A stretch of DNA of 64,000 bases from Candidatus Aceula meridiana (GCA_030765185.1 JAVCDE010000024.1:379538-443537); one strand, 5' to 3'. Shown: positions 8,880 to 19,462, counted from the stretch's first letter. Notes: generated by a model from the sequence alone, not told the origin. Program-made: numbers and translations.

Positions 8880-10232
8880 TTAAGTCTTAAGAAAATCCGC
8901 ATCTGTAAATGAAAGTGTCAGATCAACCTCGGTTACCAATTTTCCATCAACTTTGGCTTCCCCGTGAACTTCAGCTGCGCGTGATTTAATTTTGGTCACC
9001 GTTAATTCCATAACAAGCTGGTCGCCTGGCTCAACAACCCTGCGGAATTTTACATTATCAATAGCCATAAAAAGCGCCAACTTTCCTTTATTTTCCGGTG
9101 CTGCCAGAAGAACAATGCCTGCAACCTGCGCCATGGCCTCGACCATAATAACACCAGGCATAACAGGCCTTTGAGGAAAGTGCCCTTTAAAAAAGTACTC
9201 GTTACTTGTAACATTTTTGATTGCCACAGCACGCTTACCAGGCTCTAAATCTAAAACGCGGTCTACAAAAAGAAAAGGATATCGGTGAGGTAGAATTTCT
9301 TTAATCTGTTCAGTATCTAGTGCCTGGCCTTCAAGGTGCTGATATTCCTTAGGCTCAAAACGCTGAGTATGCTTTTTTTCCTGTTCAACAATTCTTTGCA
9401 AAAGCTTACGATTTAAACTATGTCCGCTTCTGATGCAGACTACGTGAGCCTTAAGAGGTTTTCCTAAAAGATACAAATCTCCAATAAAATCTAGAACTTT
9501 ATGTCGGACAAATTCGTCGGGAAAACGTACTTTATTATCTTTAACGCCATCCTCAGTCACAACAAGAGTATTCTGATAATTAGCACCTTTTCCTAAACCG
9601 TTTTCCTGTAATTTTTTTGCTTCGCTTTCTAGGCAAAATGTCCGTGAAGAAACAATTTCCTTCTCAAAAATATCTGCATTAATCTTTCCACTAAAAAATT
9701 GAGCGTTTAACGTAGGGTGAGCATAATCAAGAGTATAGGAAACCATCAAATGGTCTGCCGGAACAGCAAAAAGCGTGGCTCCATTTTCTTCAAGCCAGAT
9801 GGGTTCTTTAACTTCTAAATACTGACGATCTGCTTGTTGCTCAACGACCCCGGATTTCTTAATAGCTTCATAAAAAATTAAACCGCTTCCGTCTAAACCA
9901 GGCATTTCTTCACCGCTAATTTCAATAATCAAATTATCGATTTGAAGCCCATAAAGAGCAGCCATCAAATGCTCAACGGTGTGAACAACAGCCTCTCCAG
10001 CTCCAATAGAAGTACATCTGGGAAGAGCTGTTTTATCCAAAATGTGTGCCAAGTCCGCGCAAACGCTAGGGCTATCCTTTAAATCTGTGCGTATAAAACA
10101 AATGCCAGCATCTGCAACCGCTGGCTTAAAAACCACCTTGACTTTTTTCCCGGTGTGAAGACCAACACCCTCGACAGAAGTTTCTTTTTTAATTGTTTGC
10201 TGTTTCTCTCTCATGATACGATTACTTCTCAC
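8880..10232 (-). CDS. lpxC-fabZ: Bifunctional LpxC (UDP-3-O-acyl-GlcNAc deacetylase) / FabZ (3-hydroxyacyl-ACP dehydratase) fusion protein
   Basis: The N-terminal ~290 aa are LpxC-like ([30 protein letters not shown]). The C-terminal ~150 aa are FabZ hot-dog ([54 protein letters not shown]). Confidence 0.85.
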   Translation of the reverse strand: MRSNRIMREKQQTIKKETSVEGVGLHTGKKVKVVFKPAVADAGICFIRTDLKDSPSVCADLAHILDKTALPRCTSIGAGEAVVHTVEHLMAALYGLQIDNLIIEISGEEMPGLDGSGLIFYEAIKKSGVVEQQADRQYLEVKEPIWLEENGATLFAVPADHLMVSYTLDYAHPTLNAQFFSGKINADIFEKEIVSSRTFCLESEAKKLQENGLGKGANYQNTLVVTEDGVKDNKVRFPDEFVRHKVLDFIGDLYLLGKPLKAHVVCIRSGHSLNRKLLQRIVEQEKKHTQRFEPKEYQHLEGQALDTEQIKEILPHRYPFLFVDRVLDLEPGKRAVAIKNVTSNEYFFKGHFPQRPVMPGVIMVEAMAQVAGIVLLAAPENKGKLALFMAIDNVKFRRVVEPGDQLVMELTVTKIKSRAAEVHGEAKVDGKLVTEVDLTLSFTDADFLKT

Positions 10233-11256
10233 TTCTTTCTTGTAGCTCTTTGACTTTTCGTTCTAGCTCTTTAATAGTCTTCACATAAGTCGGAAGCCTT
10301 TGAATAATGGCATTAAGCCTAAGAGCGACCCCCTGCGGTTTTGCGGGATATCCGAAAACAACTGTATTCGGCGGAATAGACTTCGGAACACCGCTTTTGG
10401 CAGCGACGACAGAGTTTTCTCCAATTGTCAGGTGTCCTGCAATACCTACCTGGCCCGCCAAAATAACTCGATCTTCTAACGTTGTGCTTCCTGAGATGCC
10501 TGATTGCGAAATAATAAGACAGTGTTTACCGATAACAACATTGTGCGCAATTTGCACCAAATTATCAATCTTTGTCCCTTGACCAATAAATGTTTTATCA
10601 AAACGGGCGCGGTCAATTGTGACATTCGAGCCAATCTCGACATCGTCTTCTATAATAACTGTGCCAACTTGAGGAATTTTCTGATGGACTCCATCAACTT
10701 TGGCAAAACCAAAACCATCTGAGCCGATCACAGTTCCCGGATGAATAATAACACGATTCCCGATTGAAATTCGCTCGCGGATAACAACGTTAGGATAAAT
10801 TAAACACTCTGCGCCAATTTCTGTTTTTGCACCAACAAAGCACCCACTATAAATAACTGTGTTGTCCTTTATCTTTGCTTGTTTTTCAATAACAGTATGC
10901 GGGCCGACAACAACATTTTCACCAAGAACAACATCTTCGGCAATAATCGCAGTAGGATGAATTCCCTTAGGCTGATATGTTTGCGCCTCAAGAATCTCCG
11001 AAGCTAACCTTGCAAATGCCACAGAAGGATTCTCAACCTTAATAACGTTTTTCTTAGTTTCAGCAACATCTAAAGGAACAATAACGGCTGAGGCTTGAGT
11101 TTTTTCCAAAAGTGAAAAATATTTATTATTCGCTAAGAAAGTAATGTCTCCTTCCCGGGCTTCTTTAATCCCGGAGATGCCGGTAATCACAAGGTCTTTA
11201 TCCCCTCGCGCTTTTCCGTCGACAAGCTGAGCAATTTCCTGAAGTGTTTTTTGCAT
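10222..11256 (-). CDS. lpxD: UDP-3-O-acylglucosamine N-acyltransferase LpxD
   Basis: A 344-aa hexapeptide-repeat protein with an LpxD N-terminal domain ([10 protein letters not shown]...[23 protein letters not shown]). Confidence 0.85.
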   Translation of the reverse strand: MQKTLQEIAQLVDGKARGDKDLVITGISGIKEAREGDITFLANNKYFSLLEKTQASAVIVPLDVAETKKNVIKVENPSVAFARLASEILEAQTYQPKGIHPTAIIAEDVVLGENVVVGPHTVIEKQAKIKDNTVIYSGCFVGAKTEIGAECLIYPNVVIRERISIGNRVIIHPGTVIGSDGFGFAKVDGVHQKIPQVGTVIIEDDVEIGSNVTIDRARFDKTFIGQGTKIDNLVQIAHNVVIGKHCLIISQSGISGSTTLEDRVILAGQVGIAGHLTIGENSVVAAKSGVPKSIPPNTVVFGYPAKPQGVALRLNAIIQRLPTYVKTIKELERKVKELQERSEK

Positions 11257-11280
11257 AAATTTTAAATCTCTAAAGATTTC

Positions 11281-11781
11281 TTATTTCTTATTTAAAATCC
11301 CGACAATGATGTCGGTTAATTCTATGTTCTTGCTACCATAAATCAAAACACGGTCATTAAGGATAAGATCATATTTTTCTTTTTCTGCATAAGACTTAAC
11401 AACGCCTTCAATCTCTAGGAGAATTTCACGAATTTTTTCATCCCTCTCCTTGCGGAGGTCTGTTTGATTTTTTCGGTCAAAGCCTAAAAGAGCATCCTTA
11501 TTTTTTTGAATTTGGTCTTGAAGTTTTTGGCGTTCGCTTTCTTTAAGAAGAGTCAGTTTGCGCTCGGCCTCTTGAATCTTTTCAAGCTTGCTATTACGTT
11601 CCTTTTGATATTTAACGCTCTTTTCCTCGAGAACCTTATCAAAATCACCGGTTTTATTATACTCATCAAAAACACGGCTTAAATCGACATAGGCAATTTT
11701 TTGCGCAGTCTGTGCAAAACTTACAGGGCTTAAAACGAAAACAAAAGCTAAAACTATTAATAAAGCGATAAACTTTTTCAT
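11281..11781 (-). CDS. skp: Periplasmic chaperone Skp/OmpH
   Basis: Has a signal peptide and a 166-aa coiled-coil basic protein, AQKIAYVDLSRVFDEYNKT. It lies between bamA and lpxD. Confidence 0.8.
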   Translation of the reverse strand: MKKFIALLIVLAFVFVLSPVSFAQTAQKIAYVDLSRVFDEYNKTGDFDKVLEEKSVKYQKERNSKLEKIQEAERKLTLLKESERQKLQDQIQKNKDALLGFDRKNQTDLRKERDEKIREILLEIEGVVKSYAEKEKYDLILNDRVLIYGSKNIELTDIIVGILNKK

Positions 11782-11829
11782 CTTTGAACCTCCTTACAAT
11801 TGTTAAATAGAATTCTGCGAATACTTAAA

Positions 11830-14295
11830 TTAAAACGAACGACTAATACTAAAATAAAATTTTCCAGACCTTTCATCTTCTCCGGGTTCATCGTTTAGAG
11901 GATATCCGTAGTCAAGATTAATCGGCCCTAACGGTGTTTTAACGCGAAGGCCTAATCCCATGCCGGATTTGTATCCGCCATTTCCAAGATCCTTCATCCG
12001 ACGCCAAACATTACCTGTGTCAAAGAAAGCTGCGACTTTTACAAAATCAAGAATCGGAACCGTATATTCAACGTTACCAACAAGCAGGGCCTCACCACCG
12101 ATCGGATCTTCGCTTCGTTCATCCAGAGGACCAACTTTTCTTTCGTTGTATCCGCGAATGGTATAGGCGCCCCCGGCAAAGAATCGTTCGTAAATAGGGA
12201 CTTCGTTTGTGTCCCCATAGGCATCCGCGATTCCTACACGCCCACGAAACTCTAAGACTGTCTTTCCAAAGACAGGAATGTGATAGCTTGCTTTGCCTTG
12301 CAGGCGATAAAAATCTTTATCCCCTCCTAAAAAGCCACCGGCTAGATCAGTAGTCCCGCTTAAAACTAAACCGCGTGTTGGACTAAAAACATTGTCGCGG
12401 CTATCATGAGTAAGATTAAAGCTTAACGTGCTAACAACATTCTTTCCTTGCTCGTCCTTTAAATCATCGCTTGCATCATCAACAACGTCTTTAATCGTAA
12501 TTTCTTCTAGACGATAAATCGTTGACCCTGATAAATATTCACCAAACTGCTTACCAAGGCGGAGGTCTCCTCCTAAACGTTTTTCGCTATAACCGTAACC
12601 AACGTCCTCATCCTGGTCAATGGCGTTTCGATAAATATCAAATCCTCCAGAGACAGGATAATCAAAAAGCCAGGGCTCGGTAAAACTCAGACGCGCATTG
12701 TTACGGACGGAACCGATCTCTGCCCTTAAGGATAAATTTTGTCCTCCACCGGTAAACGTCGGCCAGTTCGCAAAGTCGAAATTCTTTTGATTAACTTCAA
12801 CAAACCCAACGAGCTTGTCGACCGTGCTATAACCGCCGCCGAAGCTAAAGCTTCCGGTCTTTGCTTCTTTGACCTGGACAACTAAATCTTTTTTGTTAGG
12901 ATATTTCGTATCTTTAACATCATAATCAATTTCTTCAAAAAATCCTAGGTTAGTCAATCGTTCTTTACTGCGACGTAACTTTGCCCCATCAAAAACATCG
13001 CCGGGCAAGAGGCGCATTTCACGACGAATAACAATGTCACGCGTACGTGCATTGCCCTGAACATAAACTTTGCTAACATAGGCAATTTCACCTTCTTCAA
13101 TAGTTAAAAGAACATCAACTTTTCCTACTTCCGTGCCCTCAGATACTGATTCACCAACCACACAAAAAATATGCCCTTTATCAAAATACTTTTCTCGAAT
13201 AGCAGCTGTATCGGTTTCGAGATTCATCGGTGTAAAGATTCCGCTGACTTTAACATTCTCCATCATGCCTAAGATCTCTTCGTCAGAAAAAATCCTTTCA
13301 TTGCCGTTAATAATAATACTGCCGACATGATACTGTTTTCCTTCTTTAACGTCGATATGTAAAATCAGCCGTGCCTTAGGCGCTTGTTCGTACGAATAAG
13401 ACGTTGCCATATCCAAAAATCCTTTACTAGCATAAAATGCCTTAAGGCGATCCATATCCTCTTCAATAATATCTTCCTTAAGATAGCCAGATGTAAAAAG
13501 CGTATCATGACGTGTTTTGATAACATGCATCAAGCGCTTATACGAAAAAGTATCATTGCCGGAGAAAACAATCTTCTTGATCTTAACGCGCTGACCTTCA
13601 TCAATTTCAAAATGAACCTTTGCTTTACCTGTCTCTTCATCAATTTCCGAGCTCGATTTAACAATAGCGCTGGTTAACCCTTTCTTAGCGTAAAGCTCCT
13701 GAATAGTCTTGATGTCGTCTTTGAGAGAACGACCATCTAAAAATCTTCCTTCTTTGCTTTTAATTTTAAGCTTTAAAGTTCGATGACTATAAAAACGTGT
13801 CTTCGAAAATGTGACATCTTCGATAACAGCCTTCTCCTTAAGATGGATAACAACCTTGATCCCGCCTTCATGGTCTTCTTTTTCAACAGCAACATCAGAA
13901 AAATATCCAGTGTTATAAAGCCGTTTAATATCATCGCTGATAATATTAGCAATATAAGGGTCTCCGACGCGTGTTTTAATCTTGGCAAGAATTGTTGTAA
14001 TACCAATGGTCTTATTTCCTTCGATCTCAATGCCCTTGACAGTCTCTTTAAGATCTAGAGGAACTTCAGGAGTCTCAATTTTTGGCACCTCCTCTATAAT
14101 GTCTTCTGGCATCCTTAGGCTGCTCTCTGATTTCTCTGCTGCGGCCTGTTGTGCAGCCAAATCAGCACTGGCCTGGCTCTGAACATCAGCAAGCATATCC
14201 TTATCGGCTGTTGCTGATCCATATTGGGCCCAAACATTTGAATTGACGATTAGAACAAAAATACTAATCCAAAGAATGAGGTTTACTTTCTTCAT
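11830..14295 (-). CDS. bamA: Outer membrane protein assembly factor BamA (POTRA repeats plus beta-barrel)
   Basis: The 821-aa product has a signal peptide, multiple POTRA-like units and a C-terminal barrel ending in an aromatic residue (…ISRSF). It has the canonical position upstream of skp-lpxD. Confidence 0.85.
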   Translation of the reverse strand: MKKVNLILWISIFVLIVNSNVWAQYGSATADKDMLADVQSQASADLAAQQAAAEKSESSLRMPEDIIEEVPKIETPEVPLDLKETVKGIEIEGNKTIGITTILAKIKTRVGDPYIANIISDDIKRLYNTGYFSDVAVEKEDHEGGIKVVIHLKEKAVIEDVTFSKTRFYSHRTLKLKIKSKEGRFLDGRSLKDDIKTIQELYAKKGLTSAIVKSSSEIDEETGKAKVHFEIDEGQRVKIKKIVFSGNDTFSYKRLMHVIKTRHDTLFTSGYLKEDIIEEDMDRLKAFYASKGFLDMATSYSYEQAPKARLILHIDVKEGKQYHVGSIIINGNERIFSDEEILGMMENVKVSGIFTPMNLETDTAAIREKYFDKGHIFCVVGESVSEGTEVGKVDVLLTIEEGEIAYVSKVYVQGNARTRDIVIRREMRLLPGDVFDGAKLRRSKERLTNLGFFEEIDYDVKDTKYPNKKDLVVQVKEAKTGSFSFGGGYSTVDKLVGFVEVNQKNFDFANWPTFTGGGQNLSLRAEIGSVRNNARLSFTEPWLFDYPVSGGFDIYRNAIDQDEDVGYGYSEKRLGGDLRLGKQFGEYLSGSTIYRLEEITIKDVVDDASDDLKDEQGKNVVSTLSFNLTHDSRDNVFSPTRGLVLSGTTDLAGGFLGGDKDFYRLQGKASYHIPVFGKTVLEFRGRVGIADAYGDTNEVPIYERFFAGGAYTIRGYNERKVGPLDERSEDPIGGEALLVGNVEYTVPILDFVKVAAFFDTGNVWRRMKDLGNGGYKSGMGLGLRVKTPLGPINLDYGYPLNDEPGEDERSGKFYFSISRSF

Positions 14296-14310
14296 GAGGC
14301 TCTTCCTTTC

Positions 14311-15690
14311 TTATTCAGAGACGCGTGCAAGGTTTTCAAATTTCATATATTCTTTTAAGAATGTAACTTTAACCGTTCCGGTTGGGCCATTTCGCTGCTT
14401 AGCCACAATAAGTTCGGCAATTCCTTTATTTTCCTCTGTCGGAGAATAATATTCTTCGCGCATTAAAAGGATGACAAGATCTGCGTCCTGTTCGATAGCG
14501 CCAGATTCACGTAAATCCGAAAGCTGCGGACGGTGATCTTGGCGACTTTCAACTGCGCGTGAAAGCTGACTAATACCAATGATGGGAACATTAAGTTCAC
14601 GTGCAAGTGCTTTTAAAGAACGTGAAATATCGGAAATTTCCTGCTGACGGCTTTCCACACGAGAACCGCCTCGCATCAGCTGGATATAGTCAACGATGAG
14701 GAGCTTAATGTCATGACGTGATTTTAAACGACGAGCTTTCGCGCGTAATTCCAAAACAGATATTGCGGGAGTATCGTCAATGAAAATCGGGGTTGTGGAC
14801 AGCTTCCCGGCTGCAGCAGTTAATTTTGGCCAATCTGATGGAAGAAGAAATCCAGTCCTTACTTTTTGAGCATCCACGCGGGCGTGCGAACACAACATAC
14901 GCTGAACAAGCTGTTCTTTAGACATTTCGATACTAAAAAGCGCAACCCCGATTTTATTCTCAACAGCCGCATGTTCAGCCACAGACATAGCCCAAGAGCT
15001 CTTCCCCATAGACGGCCGGCCGGCAACAATAATCAAGTCTGCTTTTTGCAAACCTGATGTCATTTTATCAAATTCAACAAATCCCGTTGGAATTCCGGTA
15101 ACATATTCTTTACGCTGGTAAAGATTGTCGATGGTTTCAATCGTGCCCTTGATGAGGTCTTTGATATGGGTGGCTTTTTGGCGTTCGCGGGCTGTTGCAA
15201 TTTCAAAAATAAGCTGCTCAGCGCCATCAACGAGTTGGTCTACATCTACGCCCGGCTGATAGCTTTCCGTTAAAATCTGAGAAGCGTTTCGAATCAGCTG
15301 TCTTTGAACACTTTTTTCTTTAACAATCTTTGCATAATATTCAATATTAGCAGCCGATGGCACCAAATCAATCAAGGCCGTAAGATAGCTAACTCCTCCG
15401 ATTTCCTCTAAAATCCCTTTAGATTTTAAATCATCAGAAAGAGTAATAAGATCAACGTTCTTTTGATCATTATAAAGATCTAGAATGGCTAAAAAGATTT
15501 TTTGATGGGTGAAGCTATAAAATGCTTCTTCGTCCAAAACCTCAAGAGCTAGCCCAATGGCCTCTTGATCAATAAGCATTGACCCTAAGACAGACTTTTC
15601 TGCATCCTCATTATGCGGAGCAACTCTTCCCTCCATGGAGGCGGTTACTTTTTTCGCACCAAAGACAGTTTTTACTTTTTGGTTATCCAT
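14311..15690 (-). CDS. dnaB: Replicative DNA helicase DnaB
   Basis: N-terminal domain (PHNEDAEKSVLGSMLID), Walker A GRPSMGKSSWAM and RecA-like helicase motifs. It is 459 aa with no intein. Confidence 0.9.
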   Translation of the reverse strand: MDNQKVKTVFGAKKVTASMEGRVAPHNEDAEKSVLGSMLIDQEAIGLALEVLDEEAFYSFTHQKIFLAILDLYNDQKNVDLITLSDDLKSKGILEEIGGVSYLTALIDLVPSAANIEYYAKIVKEKSVQRQLIRNASQILTESYQPGVDVDQLVDGAEQLIFEIATARERQKATHIKDLIKGTIETIDNLYQRKEYVTGIPTGFVEFDKMTSGLQKADLIIVAGRPSMGKSSWAMSVAEHAAVENKIGVALFSIEMSKEQLVQRMLCSHARVDAQKVRTGFLLPSDWPKLTAAAGKLSTTPIFIDDTPAISVLELRAKARRLKSRHDIKLLIVDYIQLMRGGSRVESRQQEISDISRSLKALARELNVPIIGISQLSRAVESRQDHRPQLSDLRESGAIEQDADLVILLMREEYYSPTEENKGIAELIVAKQRNGPTGTVKVTFLKEYMKFENLARVSE

Positions 15691-16115
15691 ACTCTTATTT
15701 TGGCGATGACTTCAGGATGAACTTTGATGCCAACTTCAAAGATTCCTAATTCCTCGATAGGTTCTTCAAAAATAATATCTTTCTTGTCAACCTCGTGCCC
15801 CTCTTCTTTAAGGGCAGCAGCAACTTCGGCCTCGGTTATAGCACCGTAAAGCTTATCGATATCATTGACTTCAGCGTTAACTGTTACCGAAACTCCGGCA
15901 AACTTATCGGCAATCGCCTGAGCCTTATTCCTAACTTCTTTAGCAACAGCTTCTCGCTTAGCCTTTTCATGTTCAATTTTCTTTAAATTTTGTTCTGTTG
16001 CCAAATAAGCTTTCTTTTGTGGCATAAGAAAATTGCGGGCAAATCCGTCTTTCACTTTAACAACATCCCCAGTTTTTCCTAAATTATCTACATCTTGTGA
16101 TAATATAACTTTCAT
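15672..16115 (-). CDS. rplI: 50S ribosomal protein L9
   Basis: MKVILSQDVDNLGKTGDVVKVKDGFARNFLMPQKKA. I placed the start at the internal MKV rather than at the ORF-track start 16142. Confidence 0.85.
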   Translation of the reverse strand: MKVILSQDVDNLGKTGDVVKVKDGFARNFLMPQKKAYLATEQNLKKIEHEKAKREAVAKEVRNKAQAIADKFAGVSVTVNAEVNDIDKLYGAITEAEVAAALKEEGHEVDKKDIIFEEPIEELGIFEVGIKVHPEVIAKIRVWITKK

Positions 16116-16119
16116 CTTT

Positions 16120-16368
16120 TTAAAACCTCTTGGTTGAGCCAACAGGTACCAGGCCTAAAAACTTGGCACGCTTGACAGCTTTTGTTAGATCTCTTTGTTG
16201 TTTGTTAGTCGCGCCGGTAAAACGTCGTGACATAATTTTTCCATTTGGCGTAACAGCTCTTATCATAAGATCCAAATTCTTATAATCAATTTTGGCATTC
16301 TTAAGCAGCGTTGACCGTGCCCTGGGTGTCATTCTACGCCTTGGTTTTCGTTTTATAATTTTTTTCAT
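16120..16368 (-). CDS. rpsR: 30S ribosomal protein S18
   Basis: An 82-aa basic protein with the typical S18 core (KIDYKNLDLMIRAVTPNGKIMSRRFTG...QR.L..A.KRAKFLGLVP). Confidence 0.85.
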   Translation of the reverse strand: MKKIIKRKPRRRMTPRARSTLLKNAKIDYKNLDLMIRAVTPNGKIMSRRFTGATNKQQRDLTKAVKRAKFLGLVPVGSTKRF

Positions 16369-16389
16369 TTTGTTTTCCTTAAAATAATG

Positions 16390-16854
16390 TTAAACAGCGT
16401 TTTCTTCTTCATCCCATGAAATATTCTCAGTTTTTATCGCACCATCGTCTTCTGCAGAAACTTCTGCATGTACTTCTGTATGGCCTTCATCTCCGTCTTC
16501 TGAGGAAGCTTTTGCTCCACGCATCGGGCCTAAAAACTGAACACGTTCAGCCCTAATTTCAATCGTGCTTCTTTTTTGTCCGTCATTGGCTTCCCAAGAA
16601 CGTGACTGCAAAGTACCCTCAACAAAAACAGGGCTTCCCTTTGCTAAATATTGATTGCATGCTTCAGCTTGTTTATCCCAAGCTGTCGTTGTCACAAAAC
16701 ATGTTTCTTCTTTAAGTTCTCCGCTTGAACGATCGCGAAACTTTCGATTAACGGCAACGCGCAAATTCACAACACCAACTCCATTAGGCGTATAACGCAG
16801 CTCTGGATCTTTTGTTAAGTTTCCAATCAAAAAAACTTTATTTAAACTCGCCAT
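16390..16854 (-). CDS. ssb: Single-stranded DNA-binding protein
   Basis: OB fold: LNKVFLIGNLTKDPELRYTPNGVGVVNLRVAVNRKF...TCFVTTTAWDKQAE. The acidic tail ends ...WDEEENAV, not the canonical DDDIPF. Confidence 0.85.
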   Translation of the reverse strand: MASLNKVFLIGNLTKDPELRYTPNGVGVVNLRVAVNRKFRDRSSGELKEETCFVTTTAWDKQAEACNQYLAKGSPVFVEGTLQSRSWEANDGQKRSTIEIRAERVQFLGPMRGAKASSEDGDEGHTEVHAEVSAEDDGAIKTENISWDEEENAV

Positions 16855-16903
16855 AAAAAACCTCCCTTATCCTCTTTCGTAAAATAATTTAACCCTGATA
16901 GTC

Positions 16904-17188
16904 TTAGACTTTGGTAATCGCAAAACGAAGTATGTCTTCATTTAATTTTAAAATAGGCCTAATTTTGGCAACGGCATCAGCTGGGCTTTCAAAATTAATC
17001 AAATAGTAAGTCCCTTCCGTGCGATGCTTCATCTTAAAAGCTAGTTTTTGTTTTTCAATCCAGACTTGACTATTAATAACCTTGCCACCTCCCTTAGCAA
17101 CAGCCTCCGTTGCATTCTTAACAATGCCATCTTTTTCGTCTTGATTAATTTTAGCGTCAACAATAACGACTAATTCATACTTACTCAT
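16904..17188 (-). CDS. rpsF: 30S ribosomal protein S6
   Basis: MSKYELVVIVDAKINQDEKDGIVKNATEAVAKGGGKVINSQVWIEKQKLAFKMKHRTEGTYYLINFES. Confidence 0.85.
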   Translation of the reverse strand: MSKYELVVIVDAKINQDEKDGIVKNATEAVAKGGGKVINSQVWIEKQKLAFKMKHRTEGTYYLINFESPADAVAKIRPILKLNEDILRFAITKV

Positions 17189-17817
17189 TTTTCTTCCTTT
17201 TTGTTCTTTGTGTTAAATAAACTCATTGCTTGATTTAGCTTAACTGTCAAAAAAGCTATGCAGCAATCTGCACCCTTTTCGATAATTCCTTCCAGCTGCT
17301 TTAATTCACTGCGACTGAAAGATGATAAAACAAAATCTGAAAATTGAGCTTTCCTTTTTGGCTCGCCAATCCCCATGCGTAACCGAGCAAATTCTTTGGT
17401 CCCTAAATGCCTGACCAAAGAAACAAGGCCGTTGTGACCACCATCAGAGCCTTTAGGCTTTAACCGAAGTTGCCCAAAATCAAGATGAAAGTCATCGCAG
17501 ACAACTAAAATATTCTCAAAAGAAATCTGTTTCTGTGAAACAATATTCTTAACCGCAACACCGGAATTATTCATATATGTTGACGGTTTTAAAATCAAAA
17601 CTTTTTTGTCCGCAATAGTTCCTTGACCTAAAAACCCTTGATATTTTGAACTACGAACAAACTTTATGCTATGCTCTCGTGCAACTTGATCAACAACACA
17701 AAACCCAAAATTATGCCGCGTCAGCTGATATTCTTTTCCTGGATTGCCTAAACCAACGATAAGAAAGCTTTTTGACAAACGATTACCCTTCTTTTTTTTC
17801 TTTTGCCGCAGGGGCAT
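17185..17817 (-). CDS. pth: Peptidyl-tRNA hydrolase
   Basis: Motifs LIVGLGNPGKEY...HNFGF, ...MNNSGVAV and ...LVVCDDFHLDFGQLRLKPKGSDGGHNG. The start is approximate: the ORF-track start 17877 overlaps rplY, so I used an internal Met. Confidence 0.85.
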   Translation of the reverse strand: MPLRQKKKKKGNRLSKSFLIVGLGNPGKEYQLTRHNFGFCVVDQVAREHSIKFVRSSKYQGFLGQGTIADKKVLILKPSTYMNNSGVAVKNIVSQKQISFENILVVCDDFHLDFGQLRLKPKGSDGGHNGLVSLVRHLGTKEFARLRMGIGEPKRKAQFSDFVLSSFSRSELKQLEGIIEKGADCCIAFLTVKLNQAMSLFNTKNKKEEK

Positions 17818-18475
17818 CGCCAAGAGCTGCTTCTTTAGGTTTCTCCTTAGTGACTTCCGGTTCCTCAGAGGCATCACCCTCTTCTGCCGATGCTTCTTCC
17901 TCTTCTTTCATAGGAGGCACCACAGAAATTATAATATCCTCAGGGTCATGGTCAGTTGTAACACCTTCCGGCAGCACGATGTCTTTAACATACACGGCAT
18001 CACCAATTTTTAATTCTGTAACATCAGCCTCGAGATTCTTAGGAATTTTCATTGGCAAGCATGTAATATTTAACTCCCAGAGATGATGATCTAGTGATCC
18101 ACCATCTTTAACGCCAATAGCATCACCACGCGCAACAACAGGAACATTGACCTCAATTTCTTCATCCAAAGAGATACGAATAAAATCAATATGCGTGATT
18201 TGATCAGAAACCGGGTGATATTGTGTTTCTTTAATAAGCGTTGCATAGTCACGCAGCTTTTTTTCGCCGTCCATCACGTTAAGATGCAACACAATGCTCT
18301 CCCCGTGATGAGCGCGTTCGATACGCTCAAAAGACCTTCGGTCAACCTTAATTGAAGTTGGCTCCTTTTCGCCGCCATAAACAATCGCCGGAATTCTGTC
18401 TTCCTTGCGAACTGCCCTTGAGCCTTCCTTGCCAACTTTTTCTCTTATTTGAACATTCAGTTGTATTTCTTCCAT
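17783..18475 (-). CDS. rplY: 50S ribosomal protein L25 / general stress protein Ctc, with acidic C-terminal extension
   Basis: IPAIVYGGEKEPTSIKVDRRSF...HHGESIVLHLNV and ...THIDF; a C-terminal beta-barrel domain and a Glu/Ala-rich tail. Confidence 0.85.
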   Translation of the reverse strand: MEEIQLNVQIREKVGKEGSRAVRKEDRIPAIVYGGEKEPTSIKVDRRSFERIERAHHGESIVLHLNVMDGEKKLRDYATLIKETQYHPVSDQITHIDFIRISLDEEIEVNVPVVARGDAIGVKDGGSLDHHLWELNITCLPMKIPKNLEADVTELKIGDAVYVKDIVLPEGVTTDHDPEDIIISVVPPMKEEEEASAEEGDASEEPEVTKEKPKEAALGDAPAAKEKKEG

Positions 18476-18511
18476 TTTTCAATAACCTACCTTCTTTTTT
18501 ATTTTACTTTT

Positions 18512-19462
18512 TTATACTTTATCGCCATCGAATAAACAGCTAATCGACTCTTCGTTATGAATACGCTTAATCGCTTCCGCTAAAAGAGGAGCAACGCTTA
18601 AGACTTGAATTTTTGGACTTTTTTCAGGATTTTCCAGGGGAATGCTGTTAGTAATAATAACTTCATTTAAGGCCTTACAACTTTGAATGCGCTCAAGGGC
18701 ATTGCCTGATAAAACACCGTGGCTTACAGCTGCATAAACTTCGGTCACGCCGCGCTTTTTCAATTCTTCAACAGCCTCAATCATCGAGCCACCGGTCGCG
18801 ATAATATCGTCAACCAAGATAGCTTTCTTTCCTTCAACCTCACCTAAGATATGCATAACTTCTGTTTTCTCTGGGCTATCGCGTCTTTTGTCAACGATGG
18901 CCAATCCTGCCCCTAATTTTTTAGCATAGGCACGAGCCATCTTAATGCCGCCAACGTCAGGCGAAACCACAACAGCGTCTTTCATTTTTTTACTTAAGAA
19001 ATAATCGCACAGCGTATTAATTCCATAAAGATGATCTACAGGAATATCAAAAAATCCCTGGATCTGATTTGCGTGTAAATCCATAGTCAAAACACGATTG
19101 GCTCCAGCACCAGTGATTAGGTTGGCAACTAGCTTTGCTGTAATCGGAACACGCGGTTGATCTTTTCTATCTTGACGGGCATAACCATAATAAGGCAAAA
19201 CAGCCGTAATTCTTCTCGCCGATGCACGGCGGACCGCATCAATTAAGACAAGAAGCTCCATAAAATTATCATTAGTAGGCTTACACGTTGGCTGAACGAT
19301 AAAAACATCTTTACCCCGAACATTTTCTTCAACCTGAACACGGATTTCTCCTTCGCTAAATTGTCCCACCAAAGCCTTCGAAACAAAAATTCCTAAATGC
19401 TGACAAATCTCTTTGGCTAAAACAGGATTAGCATTCCCCGTGATAATGGCTAGCTCGTTCAT
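18512..19462 (-). CDS. prs: Ribose-phosphate pyrophosphokinase (PRPP synthetase)
   Basis: Motifs FSEGEIRVQVEENVRGKDVFIVQ, ...RITAVLPYYGYARQDRKD and ...VSPDVGG, ...ILVDDIIATGGS. Confidence 0.9.
   Translation of the reverse strand: MNELAIITGNANPVLAKEICQHLGIFVSKALVGQFSEGEIRVQVEENVRGKDVFIVQPTCKPTNDNFMELLVLIDAVRRASARRITAVLPYYGYARQDRKDQPRVPITAKLVANLITGAGANRVLTMDLHANQIQGFFDIPVDHLYGINTLCDYFLSKKMKDAVVVSPDVGGIKMARAYAKKLGAGLAIVDKRRDSPEKTEVMHILGEVEGKKAILVDDIIATGGSMIEAVEELKKRGVTEVYAAVSHGVLSGNALERIQSCKALNEVIITNSIPLENPEKSPKIQVLSVAPLLAEAIKRIHNEESISCLFDGDKV

Noticed and set aside
17790-17812. Long poly-T/poly-A tracts in coding regions as phase-variation switches (pth N-terminus KKKKKK, the coiled-coil protein at 53790, and the bS22-like ORF)
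   Set aside because: The tracts encode in-frame Lys runs in proteins where basic stretches are plausible. There is no evidence of alternative frames restoring longer ORFs, and AT-rich genomes carry such tracts commonly.
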